Source: Selaginella moellendorffii
Taxonomy: Eukaryota > Plantae > Lycopodiophyta
Assembly: GCF_000143415.4 (NCBI RefSeq)
Contig: NW_003314262.1
Span: forward strand, 2,177,046 to 2,241,045
Direction: 5' to 3'
Length of the DNA: 64,000 bases
In this document: positions 1 to 13,609 of the stretch, one piece after another
How the letters are laid out: every line of letters starts with the position of its first letter
Numbering within the stretch: position 1 is the stretch's first letter
Notes under the pieces: model-generated
The model's database searches: none
Told to the model about the DNA's origin: nothing
The model's input: only the letters and a program-made list of their open reading frames with translations
Translations under genes and position numbers: made by a program

Positions 1-1215
1 CAACTGCGGACAATCAGCCTTGTAGTGTCCAAGTTCCCTGCAATGATGACAACCCTGTCTATAATTCTTCACAAAGAACTTCTGCTTCTTGGACCCCTTT
101 GCATCCGAAGTAGTCACCATTGACTTCACAACTTGTGATGCTTGTTCCCATCCTTGTGTCCATGGCAATCATCACGATGATTCTTGATAAAAGGACTTTG
201 GGAACGCTTGCGAGACTTGTGCTTATCATTGTCAAGTCGACGAGCCGCATCAAAGAGCTCCTCCAAACTCTTTGTAGGTTGAGAATGATGCAAGTGTTGC
301 CGCATGCTCTCACTATGTAGGCCATCAATGAAGTAGGACTTGTTCTGATCTGGATCCTTCGTTGGAACATGACTAATCAAGCGAGTAAGCTTCTCAATAT
401 AGTCCCCAAGCATCATTTTCCCTTGCTGGAAATGTTGAAGTTCTGTACGAGCATTCTCCACATCATAATGAGGGGCAAAACGTAAACGGAAAGCAGCCTC
501 AAACTCATCCATGGTAGACACTGGTGGTTTCTTATTTGCAACATGGGACTCCTCAAGCCAATTCCACCATCGAAGACCCGCATCACACAAAACCATCAGA
601 ATAGCCACTAAAGCCTCTGCATCCAGAGTTCCCCTAGCAGCCAAGAACTTCTTCACATTGGCTAGCCAAGCGAGACACTCGTCCACACCACCATCACCGG
701 AAAAAGTTGGAATCTTGAGTCGATCTACCAAAGAAGGCTTACTTGGAGCGCTACCCCGTCCAGTCTCGAGTGCCTCAACACGCCCACACATGGTATCCAT
801 CATGCCATGCATCTCGTCTTGCATCTCTTGCTGATTTCGGTTAAGGGCTTGTAGCTCATGAACCACATCTTGAATGGTCCAAATCTCCTCAGCTTCGTCA
901 GCACCATTGTCGGCACCACCATCGACAATAGGATTCTAGCGTTCAGCTTGGTCGGCCATCGCAACCAACTTCTTTGATACCAATGTTATGATCTAGTGAA
1001 AAAAAACAGAGATCTAGTCGCCCTAGACTATGCTACACCACCTTTTGAGATTCCTCACCACCCAACCACCCCCGAGCTACCTCAAAAGCTCCACTATGGT
1101 GCCGCTCCACTGTGAGCCCTAGGGTAGGTTAGTCCCTTACCCTAACATGCCTTAATATACCCTTGAGCCTCCCTTTGACCGATGTTGACCATGTAGTCAA
1201 AGCTAGCGCCTAACA
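1..1215 (-). mobile_element. Ty3/gypsy short-LTR element, 5' part (LTR 984-1215, PBS, gag); runs off the window start; same family as 30732-33529
   Basis: TG...CA LTR similar to 33297-33529; tRNA-Met PBS (tgatacca on + at 975-982); ORF 126-866 nearly identical to the gag in 31624-33282 but with a 1-nt indel near 130. Confidence 0.9.
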
Positions 1216-2613
1216 CTGCCTCTTTGTCGATGTTCCTTATTCCAAAGGGCGTGACCGTGTAAACAACTCTAACTGCATGTTTACAGTAGTCTATCTAAAC
1301 CTTACCGACGGGTTTGGTTTCTTTGCTCAGAAGGGTTGGGGCCTCTGGCTTCTCTCTCTATGTTCTTGCGGGCAGGGGCATATCACACTTTTGTAAGCTG
1401 GGTGACTTCTAGAGCAGCAAGGGTGGCTGACTCCGTTGGTCATTTCTTTGTCGGCGACGGCCAGAAGGTGTTTGAGTTGGTAGCGCATCCACGTTAGACA
1501 AAGAGGTTACTTCCTAACTCATTTAAGTTAGTGCATTTCTCACATAGTGTGAATACCGTGAACTTTTTCTGGAGTTGTTTCCTTGGCGGTATTCTAGACT
1601 CAAGTATGTATCGACAAGGATGTCGATCTTCCCTAGGGGGGAGAGTGTCGCGAATGTGACTTCGGGTATCGAAAGTTACCTGTCGACTAGTCCTTATGGA
1701 CACTCTTACCTTACTGCCACGACGGCAGGAGGTCGGTATTGCTGGACCCGTTATCAATCTCCGCCTAAGCTAGTTGAGAAACTGGTCCTCACATGTGCAC
1801 TTGACCAAATGAGCATAAGGAAGGAATTCCTAAGTGTCTATTTAGTCAAGCATACTTGACCTAGTTAGAGAAACTCATTCGTTGACTTGCAGTTGCTAGT
1901 GTTGGGAACCCCCGCGATATTGAGCTTGGTCCCTCAATATCACTAGATGATAGCTTACCATGTCTGCCAAACGCCTTCGCTATCATGCCCTTTGTGTTAG
2001 TCTCATTTCGGTCCCAAATGCTATTTATGAAAAGTGTCCAGATTTGCTCATTTGGCATATCTACGGAATGTAGAGATCGGCCTAAACACAATGGTGTTCG
2101 TCCCGTGTCCAAATTCACATTTTAGCGTCATTCCATATTTAGTAAATTTCGAGCTTGTCCTAGAGACTAACTCCTTATACTAAGGGAGGCTTGGGGTGAA
2201 AGCCCAAAGCGTGTGTTCCTCAAGGGGGGGGGGGGAAGGGCTGTAGGTTCCAAATGTATAGTAGGGATAGTGGGTAGGTCGGGCATGGCTGACCAACTTA
2301 AGGCATAGTCTAACTCCCACTTGCGTGTTTGTCTTTGTTCTGTGTCTGGCTTGGGTCTAAGCCCAAGTTCCATTCCATGCTAGTTGGTGGAGTACCCATG
2401 TCCTCGCGTTAGGCCACCGATATGCTAAAATAGCACTAGACTCCGTTTAGCTCCGTTTTGCGTGTTGGTTCTAGTATTAGGATGCTGGATACTCTAGGAT
2501 TGTTCCCTGTCCTTTGGACACGTGGCATGTGACACGTGGCACATAGGTTCCGCTTTGTGGTTATCCTATGGTAAATCACTATAGGATAAAAAGTAAAAAC
2601 CACGTGCGCTACA
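1216..2613 (+). mobile_element. 3' UTR, PPT and 3' LTR (1646-2613) of an older gypsy related to the 19133-26532 element
   Basis: Reverse-complement similarity to about 19133-20480; PPT aggggggagag then tgtcgcga at 1646; ends gtgcgctaca at 2613. Confidence 0.8.
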
Positions 2614-2976
2614 ATAATCACAGACTTATCAAGTAAAAGGACTTCGCAGTTCAGAAGAACTAGGTTCCTAATCTGTGATCCATAAGGTATAATTTGGTGC
2701 ACCGGTGTGGGGAGTCACACCAGACAAATGAACTGTTTGAAATCCAAAAAACATCTTGGAAGACTTAATTTTGTATAGGCCAACATAGCTGTAGTATATT
2801 CCAAACCCTAATTGAGAAGTAAAGTAGTTTTTGAGAAGATAGATGTACTATAGTGTTCTGAGCACAGTCAACACAACCAGCAAGCAAATCTTTCAAGGAT
2901 TGTGTATTGTATGCATGGATCCACTAAGGTTTGATCCTTGCTAGATCTCTTAATTTCTTATCGACATGTATGAAAG

Positions 2977-3321
2977 CTTGAAGAAGCTGGCTACATGATC
3001 CCAGCCAAGACCCAAGTGTTGATCAACCTCTACACCATCAGCCGGGATCCAAGCATCTGGAAGAACCCTCTGGAGTTCATCCCGGAGAGGATGAGCAGCA
3101 AATTCAATGTGGCTGTGGAACTCATGACGTTTGGCTTTGGCCGGCAATCCTGCCCAGGGATGAACTTGGGGATGACTGCTGTTCATTTTGTTCTTGCCAA
3201 TCTTCTCGACAGGTTCAACTGGACAACACCGGATGGTAAAGAGGTGGATGTGGGTGAGGGGGTCGGGTTCACGCTCATGTGGGCTTGTCCACTTGCATTG
3301 GTTCTACTTCTCCGCAAGTAA
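2977..3321 (+). pseudogene. Orphan last exon of a cytochrome P450
   Basis: PERF-like EFIPERM and heme motif FGFGRQSCPG; duplicate of about 34950-35284 with flanks; no upstream exons seen. Confidence 0.8.
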
Positions 3322-3610
3322 TGAAACATATTGACTAGAATAAACAAAGACACTTTACGCTGCTCTTACTTTGTGCTAAGGTTAGATTGGAAGCTCCCAA
3401 TCTGCTACTTCTATTCACAATTTTCAGGCAATTATCTCAAAAGATCTACCATTTTGGAATGCAATCGCAATTAGGGCAAAGATCTTGATTTCTTCCACTT
3501 TTTGTCACAGCATATGCTTAAGTACACATCTATATATTTAAAGTATATTTGAATATTTTAGGATATTCTACCAATTAATTGTTATTCATTTAAATTATAA
3601 TTTATTTAAC

Positions 3611-3946
3611 ATATTTTTTGGTTTGCTTAAACAAACTTGTAAGGGGACTGGGATGGTAGTGGATATACTTAAAATATGTTTAGATATTCTAGGATATTTT
3701 ACCATGTAAAGGTTGTTATTCATTTAGATTAGTCTTGTATTTAAAATTATAAAATTTCTTAAACACTTTCTAGTATATTCTTTTTTAATTTACCATCTAA
3801 TGGTTGATATGCAATAAAATTAATTTTGTGTTTATAAATTATGAACATGTTTATAATTATAAACTTTTATTTGATCAATTGAATAATAAATAAAAATAAC
3901 ACTACTATTAATCAAAAAAGTGTTGCTACATGAAATGTGTAGCAAA
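3611..3946 (+). repeat. AT-rich dispersed repeat ending in a hairpin, possibly a non-autonomous Helitron 3' end
   Basis: Similar to 52351-52712; terminal hairpin ttgctacatg...tgtagcaa. Confidence 0.5.
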
Positions 3947-4596
3947 TTATTATAATTTCCTTCCTAAACATTTCTACCATAGTAAAGAAGATTTCATAAT
4001 AATTAAAAAATTGAATTAATATAAACTAAGTGCAACAATGGAGACATGCATCGCGCTAGATCTTCTTCTCTCCCACTTTTTTTCCTGCGAGCTCCTCAAA
4101 GATTTTCATATCCATATCTATCTATCAACTGCATGGCATCGTGGGTCTGTCCGAATTTCACTACCCTGCAGAGATTGTCAATGGAGGTGGAGCCGAATAA
4201 CACTGGAATGCTGGAGTTTTTGAGCCCAGAGCTTCTCGGTTTGGAAGAACAAGAAGCAGGCTGGCAAGCTAAAGCAAGATGTGTGCTTGGAGCAAAGTTC
4301 CAGCACAGAAGAAGGAGAAGAAGCTCATATGCAACCAGTGAGCACTAAAAGCGCACCACCAGATGAGTGTGAGACACAAAATCCCTAGCCCCCAAAGTGG
4401 AGCCGGAAAGGGTGCCACGTGGTAGTGGCTGAAGCGAGAGCCAAACGAGCGTAACACGGTTGGACCAAAAGCTCCGACTTGAAAAGTCAAGAGCGGGAGT
4501 GGAACTCCCAAAGAAGGGCTCGAGGAACGAGCACGAAGCGAGCAAAAAGCGAGGCTCCAAAAAGGGACCCAAAAGGACCAACACATGACACATGGG

Positions 4597-5053
4597 AGTG
4601 TCCGAGATGGACTTGAGTTGGAGTCCGAGATGGACCCGAGTTGGAGTCCGAGATGGACCCGAGTTGGAGTCCGAAGTGGAGTCCGAGATGGACCCGAGTT
4701 GAAGTCCGAAGTGGAGTCCGAGATGGACCCGAGATGGAGTTCGAGATGGAGTCCGAAGTGGAGTCCGAGGTGGACCCGAGATGGACCCGAGATAGAGTCC
4801 GAAGTGGAGTCCGAGGTGGACCCGAGATGGACCCGAGTTGGAGTCTGAGGTGGAGTCCGAGATGGACCCGAGATGGAGTCCGAGATGGAGTCCGAGATGG
4901 AGTCCGAGGTGGACCCGAGATGGACCCGAAATGGAGTCCGAGATGGACCCGAGATGGAGTCCAAGATGGAGTCCGAGATGGACCCGAGATGGAGTCCGAG
5001 ATGGAGTCCGAGATGGAGTCCGAGATGGAGTCCGAAGTCGAGACCGAGACCGG

Positions 5054-5085
<32 letters not shown>

Positions 5086-5205
5086 TTGGGACCGAGACCG
5101 AGACTGAGGCCGAGGCCGAGACCGAGCCCGAGCCCGAGTCCGAGTCCGAATCCGAGTCCGAGTCCGAGTCCGAGTCCGAGTCCGAGTCCGAGTCCGAGTC
5201 CGGAG
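4597..5205 (+). repeat. 12-bp/6-bp minisatellite within the 5' LTR (GGAGTCCGAGAT, GGACCCGAG, CCGAGA, CCGAGT)
   Basis: Tandem units directly visible. Confidence 0.95.
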
Positions 5206-8200
5206 CCTGAGAGGGTGAAAGCCCAAAGCGTTCGTCTCCCAGACCCTGGGGGGTTTGGTGAGCTCCAAAAGTATAGTAGGGGGAGGACTGCAGTGGAGCC
5301 AGTTTGGCCAGGAAAGGCCAGTTTGGCCCAGGAAGGCCAGACCCAATGTTGGGTGATGAACTGACCACTGGGAAGTCCAAGACTAGAGTGAATACGGACC
5401 GACAAGCGGGGTAGCTTGGTGAAGTGTTCAAGAGCCGGCTCTAGTTCCCCCGGGAGATCGACTGGCCGATGCTCCCAGTCCAAGTGTGGGTGGCACTACC
5501 TACTTGGATACCAGGCGTGGCTCAACGGAACCTCGCTCTAAGCCCATGGCTAGAGCACCTAAAGGCGAAAGGCGGGGAGAGTACCCAGGTGGCTCGCGTA
5601 AGGCCACGGTGTTCCGAAATGTTGTCCCAAAGGCCTAGACTGTGGAAAGGAAGAGGAGCAGTCCTCTGGGGTAGTGACCAAGGACACAGTCGTGTGGTGA
5701 AGAAGTCCCAGAGGACCATGGGACTTAGTGGTCGGGCCTGTGGGCCTCGATCCAGTGGCAGTGTTGGCAAACACGGCTAGGGGCAGAAAGGGACTTGGTA
5801 GGAACTGACAAAGGAACTTTCGGGAAGGCAATTCCCCAGGTCTGTGGGCATCCTAAGGATGCTAAGGAGTGGATCCAGGATGACCACTCGTGGACAGATG
5901 GCCCAGTCTTGGAGAGACGGGATGGTGATGCAAGTGGTATTGGATCACTAGTGCAGCAAAGGTGAATGGGCATGGCCTTAGCGTAACGGGCCGAGATGTC
6001 AGTGGTACCTTTGGGTGTCGGTCTTGGGACCGGACACGTGGAGCACTTGGACCAGGTGCAAGTGTGGAGTGGCATGGATGCCATTCTTGGGGCTAGCAAG
6101 TCCCAAGTCCTAAATTGGACTTATGGAGGTTGTGAATGAGACTCCTCTAAGTGGTTGGAGGTGTGGTTAAGTGACTAAAGTAGAACGGAAAAATTAGTCG
6201 CTTACAACTTGGTATCGGAGCTATTCCTTAGTCCGACTTTTATTGGTGCTCAAGTATATCACCACTGGTGTTGGTAATGGAAGGTCCGAGAAGTGGGCCT
6301 ATCCTTGAGGAGTAGCAGGTCGGGAAGACATGGCTCTCCATTACAGTTCATGTGTGAACTTGTAGACAAGGTGGTGGATAGAAAAGGGGCCAATAATGGA
6401 ACGACTTTGGGATCTTGGGAACAGTGCAAGGTTTTCCTCATTGAGTTGAGGAGGTGATCCAGATGAGCGTTTGACTCAGCAAACGGGCTAATGTAGTTGG
6501 GGTAAACAACTATAGTTGGGATCACGGGGAAGATAGAGACTCCAAAAACAATAAAGGAGTCACAAGTTTATCCTCACATGGTGGAGGCTGGTGCTCATGA
6601 AGGTGAGACCGGAATGGATGACCGTGAGAGGTCAAGTATGGATGAGGACACGAGTCCTCGAAATGGTAGCCGGGGCTACCTCTAATAAATCCTGGAACAA
6701 CCCAAGGAGTTGGGGGTGTATTAAGTGGATGAGTTGGTATTCTCATCACATGGACAAGTAGTCCTAAGGGGCAAAGTTTGGCCCCAGAGAACAAAATCAA
6801 GTGTCAGAGTAACACTTGTGAAAATAGTCCTTTTGAGTAGGACAGGAATGCAAGAATTGTATTCCGGTGAGCTAGTGCCTCACAAGTAGGACCTTACGGG
6901 TCGGTGGATTAACCAAGTCCAAAACTGCTAGATGACTCAAGTAGAGTCAAGGGATGGTCCTAAAAGGACTGATAGAAGCATTTGGACTGAGGTGAGTTGT
7001 ACCCCACAAAGGATGGGGGGGGATCATAGGATCCAAGGATGAGAACAAAGAGTATCTCATCAATGGCAAAATGTGCCATGCTAAAGTTATGGGAAAGGTG
7101 TTCCCAGAAGAAAACAACTTTGACACAAAGTTGTGTGTGACCTCTATGGTGTAGTGCTAACGGATGGTTGGCATGAGAAAGAGCGGTGTTGGTCTTGGCA
7201 AAGACTTAAACACGAAGGGGAAGTGTCATAGAGGTAGGCTCGTGGAGTTGATGGTGTGGAGACACCAAATGTGCCAAGGTGTGATACCTTGAGGCTATGT
7301 TGGTGGGTTCATAAGAACCCCTTGCCAAAGGAATTCCAATGGAAATGGGAATGGCATAGCCTAAGCGGCAGAGCATGCAGTTGGAGTGCGGTGACCCAGA
7401 TAATGATGGAGGTGTGCAAGCACCAAGCAATGAGTTGTAGGACTTGACAACTATGAGGCAACTAAGCAAGAGGTGCAAAATAACTGGTTAAACGGGTAGA
7501 AGGTAGCTACCCAAGACTTCTAATATAGGGAAGTCGGATATACCCTTACAGGGGATAAGCTGCTTATGTTGCGATATAGTAAGTCAATGTCATAAAAGGA
7601 AATACTCATTGTCAAGAAAGCCATCATTGGGACACCCGAACACTCTAGAACACCAGAAGGTGGTGTTTAATGTCGCGAGGGCAATGGATAAAGCCCAAGG
7701 GACTAAGTCCCTAGCGAATGATGGATAGAAGGTGCTATCCAAATGTCCAAGGTTGCGGAGACAGGAGAGGACTGTCTACCCGAGTTGGACAAAGCCAAAA
7801 ATGGAATTTTGGCAAGGCTAGTGATGGGCATGTAAAGGCCCATAAGCAACAATGTAATCCCAGTGTGTGGGATTATAAGCTGAGCATACCCGGATTGAGG
7901 AACCACTCCCTGGGCTATTGGGTAGGTTCATCCCTAAGAATACTTGCTAAGGCATGATAGAAAGTGCAAAGCTATCCTCCTGGTTTGGAGGAGAATGACC
8001 GAAGGAAAGGTGTGAAGCCAAAGGCAAGTAGTATTGGGATGGAATTGAACCATAGAAATCAAAGGACATATCCAACAGTGGTTATGAAAGTTGGGAGTGG
8101 AGAAGCAAGAGGGTGCTCGAGGATGTTGTTGCTAGCAACCGTGATGCCATGGAGAGTCTAAAATATGGAATTGTCCATGTTAGACTATATGGCAACTATA

Positions 8201-10484
8201 AAGCTTGCGAAAGGGGAGGCCTTAGCAAGCTGAGGGACAGAGTTCCTTCAAGGTTCCCAAAGACGATTCTAGGTAGCGTAGTACCTAGAAAGGCCAAGTG
8301 TAAATGGTTTATGGAACGCGCGAAATCAGAGTGGCGCAGCAGAAGCGTGGTCTTGAAGCTTGCCATGAGGCAAGGTTATCAAGGTTAGGGAAGTAGTTCC
8401 CGAGTGTTCAAAGAGAGGGCTTTGAACAAAAGTCGATGGTCAAGGACTTTCACGCTTATGCAGGAACCATGTTACAATGGTCGGAGGACTTGCCAAGTGA
8501 GATTGGCACGTCGGGGGAACAAAAACCCTAGTTGAAGGTGATAACTTCAAAAGGGGTGGGCCATGGGGCCGAGCATGGAGGAGTCCATGCATGATCACAG
8601 ACATGTCAAGTGAGAGGACTTGGCAGTGTGGAGGAACTAGGTTCCTAAGCTGTGATCTGTAGCGCACTTTAAAAATAGGTTGGTGCACTGGCGTGGGGAG
8701 TCACGCCAGGCATCTAGTGTGATGCCGTCCGTAGATGCATATACGGAGGTTGGGTTCGAGTCCCGACCCTCTAGTGCTTGGGTTCGAGTCCCAAATCACT
8801 AGGGCGTGGTGATGGTTTGGAATATGAGGACACTCATATTTCGGTGGTCATGGACTCTCAGTGGGGAGACTGGTTTGGGCACACCGCCAAGCGAGGGATG
8901 CCTCGGAGTCGTGATGCACGTTTAGATTGCTTAGTGTGAAAGCTCAGCATATCTAACTTGAACGCTTTGGTGCAAGTGGCACCAAGGTCGTGGTGAGTGA
9001 GATGGGGACACCTAATCTCAGTTGCTATGAACCCTTGGCCGTAAGGGCTAGCTTGGGTGCACCGCCAAGTGTGGGGGATGCCCCCGGGGTTATAGTCAAC
9101 AACTTGGAGGTCTAGAAGACCAAGTACCTCTTGGCAACTCTGTTAAGGTGCCAAGGTGAGATCACTAGGTGATCTTATGGCCAGATAAGGACAAGGTCCT
9201 TGGTTGGCTAAGGAATGAAGTTCCTGGTTCAAAATGTTGAAATTGAACTGTTTAAGGTGATGTGGCTTGGTCGTGATGACCAAGTGGGAAGAGCACCTAA
9301 GGGGAATAAACTATGTCCGTGAGATGGCATAGTGAGTCCGAGGAAAGTAGTCTCTATAAAAGACCCATGGGAGGGTCACGAAGTTGGGCCGTGGATAGAG
9401 CCCATAGCAGAAGATGCTAAAGAGACGTACTAGGGGTGAACATCCTCCGGACTTGGCAAAGAAGAGTCTTTGCTATGGAACCGAAACAATACCTCAAGGA
9501 GGGAGGTAGAGATTCGATGTTGCTTGGTGCAACAATCAACGGATAGGAGCAAAAGATGAGTGGCCAAGATAGGGCCGTGGAATCCCTTGGGGGGAATCCA
9601 AGTGACAAAGTTAGGCGAGGAACACTAATGTGTTGGACGCTAACAAGTTGCGGGAAAGGAAGTGTGTTTCCAAGGAGGGATTCCGAAATGCTCCGGTTTG
9701 GCAAAAGTGGAAGCTCCAAGGGAGGGAGCGGTAAGGTAGCCAAATGATAGGGCCATGAACAGCCCTAGCACAAAGTATGATAACTGGAACTTTGGCACGA
9801 AATAGAAGAGAGGATGATGGTGCCCTCGAGTAGAGAACTTTCTAGGAAGGGAAGTGGAGTTGCACAAAAGGTGCAAGGCAAGGTGTCGGAGACACCTAGG
9901 AAATTGACTCCAAGGAGTCAAACTTCAAAGTTCCAAAGTGCGGAGGTTATATCGATGGAAATTGAGACTACTCGAGAAGGAGTAGTGGGATTGACTTAGA
10001 GAAGGGTCTCTAAGAGGTTTAGCGAGCACTAAACCAATAAAAGGAGAGAACCATTACATGTGGTCCAATCAGTCTCTAAGTTGGAAAGACTACGCTCCTT
10101 AAAGGATGGACAAGGCATGGTGAGCCTTTGGTGTCAAACCATAGACAAAGATTGACTAGGTGCCAAGGATGGAAATGGTAACACGTGTGGGTGTTACTTT
10201 ATGAAAGGGTTTACCGTTCGATGAGGACATCGAACTTCGTCTATGGGTGGTGGAGTTGTGAGACACAAAATCCCTAGCCCCCAAAGTGGAGCCGGAAAGG
10301 GTGCCACGTGGTAGTGGCTGAAGCGAGAGCCAAACGAGCATAACACGGTTGGACCAAAAGCTCCGACTTGAAAAGTCAAGAGCGGGAGTGGAACTCCCAA
10401 AGAAGGGCTCGAGGAACGAGCACGAAGCGAGCAAAAAGCGAGGCTCCAAAAAGGGACCCAAAAGGACCAACACATGACACATGG

Positions 10485-11093
10485 GAGTGTCCGAGATGGA
10501 CTCGAGTTGGAGTCCGAGATGGACCCGAGTTGGAGTCCGAGATGGACCCGAGTTGGAGTCCGAAGTGGAGTCCGAGATGGACCCGAGTTGGAGTCCGAAG
10601 TGGAGTCTGAGATGGACCCGAGTTGAAGTCCGAAGTGGAGTCCGAGATGGACTCGAGATGGAGTTCGAGATGGAGTCCGAAGTGGAGTCCGAGGTGGACC
10701 CGAGATGGACCCGAGATAGAGTCCGAAGTGGAGTCCGAGGTGGACCCGAGATGGACCCGAGTTGGAGTCTGAGGTGGAGTCCGAGATGGACCCGAGATGG
10801 AGTCCGAGATGGAGTCCGAGATGGAGTCCGAGGTGGACCCGAGATGGACCCGAAATGGAGTCCGAGATGGACCCGAGATGGAGTCCAAGATGGAGTCCGA
10901 GATGGACCCGAGATGGAGTCCGAGATGGAGTCCGAGATGGAGTCCGAAGTCGAGACCGAGACCGGGACCGAGACCGAGACCGAGATCGGGACCGAGACCG
11001 AGACTGAGGCCGAGGCCGAGACCGAGCCCGAGCCCGAGTCCGAGTCCGAATCCGAGTCCGAGTCCGAGTCCGAGTCCGAGTCCGAGTCCGGAG
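10485..11093 (+). repeat. Same minisatellite within the 3' LTR, with different unit counts
   Basis: Tandem units directly visible. Confidence 0.95.
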
Positions 11094-13609
11094 CCTGAGA
11101 GGGTGAAAGCCCAAAGCGTTCGTCTCCCAGACCCTGGGGGGTTTGGTGAGCTCCAAAAGTATAGTAGGGGGAGGACTGCAGTGGAGCCAGTTTGGCCAGG
11201 AAAGGCCAGTTTGGCCCAGGAAGGCCAGACCCAATGTTGGGTGATGAACTGACCACTGGGAAGTCCAAGACTAGAGTGAATACGGACCGACAAGCGGGGT
11301 AGCTTGGTGAAGTGTTCAAGAGCCGGCTCTAGTTCCCCCGGGAGATCGACTGGCCGATGCTCCCAGTCCAAGTGTGGGTGGCACTACCTACTTGGATACC
11401 AGGCGTGGCTCAACGGAACCTCGCTCTAAGCCCATGGCTAGAGCACCTAAAGGCGAAAGGCGGGGAGAGTACCCAGGTGGCTCGCGTAAGGCCACGGTGT
11501 TCCGAAATGTTGTCCCAAAGGCCTAGACTGTGGAAAGGAAGAGGAGCAGTCCTCTGGGGTAGTGACCAAGGACACAGTCGTGTGGTGAAGAAGTCCCAGA
11601 GGACCATGGGACTTAGTGGTCGGGCCTGTGGGCCTCGATCCAGTGGCAGTGTTGGCAAACACGGCTAGGGGCAGAAAGGGACTTGGTAGGAACTGACAAA
11701 GGAACTTTCGGGAAGGCAATTCCCCAGGTCTGTGGGCATCCTAAGGATGCTAAGGAGTGGATCCAGGATGACCACTCGTGGACAGATGGCCCAGTCTTGG
11801 AGAGACGGGATGGTGATGCAAGTGGTATTGGATCACTAGTGCAGCAAAGGTGAATGGGCATGGCCTTAGCGTAACGGGCCGAGATGTCAGTGGTACCTTT
11901 GGGTGTCGGTCTTGGGACCGGACACGTGGAGCACTTGGACCAGGTGCAAGTGTGGAGTGGCATGGATGCCATTCTTGGGGCTAGCAAGTCCCAAGTCCTA
12001 AATTGGACTTATGGAGGTTGTGAATGAGACTCCTCTAAGTGGTTGGAGGTGTGGTTAAGTGACTAAAGTAGAACGGAAAAATTAGTCGCTTACAATGAGT
12101 TATTAGGAAGGTGAACTTAGATGCTGAAGAAGAAGAAAGTGAAAAAATGGGAGAGAACTTGGAGTAACACAGGCAAACAACAACGAGAAGGCAAATCATT
12201 TGGCTTAGAAGCAGAAGATGACATGGAAGACCAGCATCCGGATGGTCCAGGCGATCCACTACTTCGCTCATGGGATTCACTGTCTCACAATTGCCAGGCG
12301 TGCCAGACCGGGCGTCCAACGGCAGTGCCAGGGATTCAAGGTATCAAGGGGTACAGCAAGTAGACGAGTGCTCCTCACTCACAGAAACTCGTGAAGACCA
12401 TCTAAGCTCTATTTCGTTAAAGTGGGATTTATTCAGTAAAATGGGACTAGGTACAAATTTTCAAGTATTTGAAAATGACGTGAAATTATATGTTTTTTGT
12501 CCAGGGGCTAGACATATCTGGGGCATGGTGACTAGCGCGGTGACTTTGTGTCCAGACTGAGTCCATCTGGTTGTATAATAAATCTCATTGTCAAGGTGAA
12601 CAAGCCGAATTTGAAGCTAAAGAAGAGTGATGGCATGCGCGCACACACTATTTGTTTGTTCATTGAGCGTGTGGTGAGCTTTCCAAGATGAACGTCATTC
12701 CTATTAGCCAGACATATAACTTAATGGTGAGAACATTTAGATATTATTCAATGTTATCTTTTTCTAACGAATCTAATTGTGAAGGTGTAGCAAGAGGCAT
12801 TGCTAGTCTGGAGAAGTCATTTAACTCATTTGACCCTTAGTGTATTTTCATGAAACTAAATAACATTCATATTATTAAGGAATTTCTCTAGTACCTTTTT
12901 TTTACGACATAGAGGCTTGCATTTCTTTCAAAGGTGATTTAGTAAAAGGCCTGAGGGCATATGCCATTCTATTTCTCAGATTGGTATTAAGATATACTAG
13001 TGCAAAGGGAAAAAGGTATTTGGTGATCAAGTAAATGGCATGAGGGCACATGCCATTATAAGCCTAAGCGCTAGTGGACACCTCCTTTTTGGTACTCTCA
13101 GCGGTACTATCATCCTTCTCCGGGTCAGTTGTTTTGCTTTGGATTGTTGTCTCTGACGTTACTGGGGCGTTCTCGATAGTTGTTAATGTTGCCGTTTGTT
13201 CAGAAAAATGATCACCTGGAGTATAGTACGGGGAGTTTGGAAGACTTATATATTCTACATCTTCACCTATCTCCTTCTCCGTCTCCTTTTCTGCCTCACT
13301 TACAGATTTTGTGCTTGCCATGAGAACGCTCTTCACCCTAAAATATGGAGTTCGTTGTGTTATAAAAGGAAACCAACACACACGCTGCAAGGGAATGATG
13401 GTACATAAAGCACGTAAGCCCACAATATGGGTTTATGTGCCATTAATATGGGCCACACGCCATATTATTAGATTTATGCACGTGTGATTGGTAAATGCAT
13501 ATGTCACATCATCTTTGTTTTACCTCACACACTATATCAAGCCTCCTCTGATTCAGATTCGGATTGTTCACCTTGAAATAAAATACATTAGAAACTTAGT
13601 AAAGGAATA

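Larger units (their letters stand above)
4368..12094 (+). mobile_element. Intact non-autonomous LTR retrotransposon (LARD-like), LTRs 4368-6206 and 10257-12094
   Basis: TG..CA LTRs of about 1.84 kb, near-identical; TSD ATGAG (4363-4367 and 12095-12099); PBS tggtatcggagc at 6210; PPT before 10257; 4-kb interior has no long ORF or recognisable gag/pol motif. Confidence 0.93.

Noticed and set aside
4269-5483. Long overlapping ORFs (GL-, RS- and SD-rich), also at 10156-11371
   Set aside because: Artefacts of stop-free 6/12-bp repeats in the LTRs; open in several frames.
13064-13322. Small acidic ORF inside the DNA transposon
   Set aside because: No recognisable domain; could be an exon but is unsupported.
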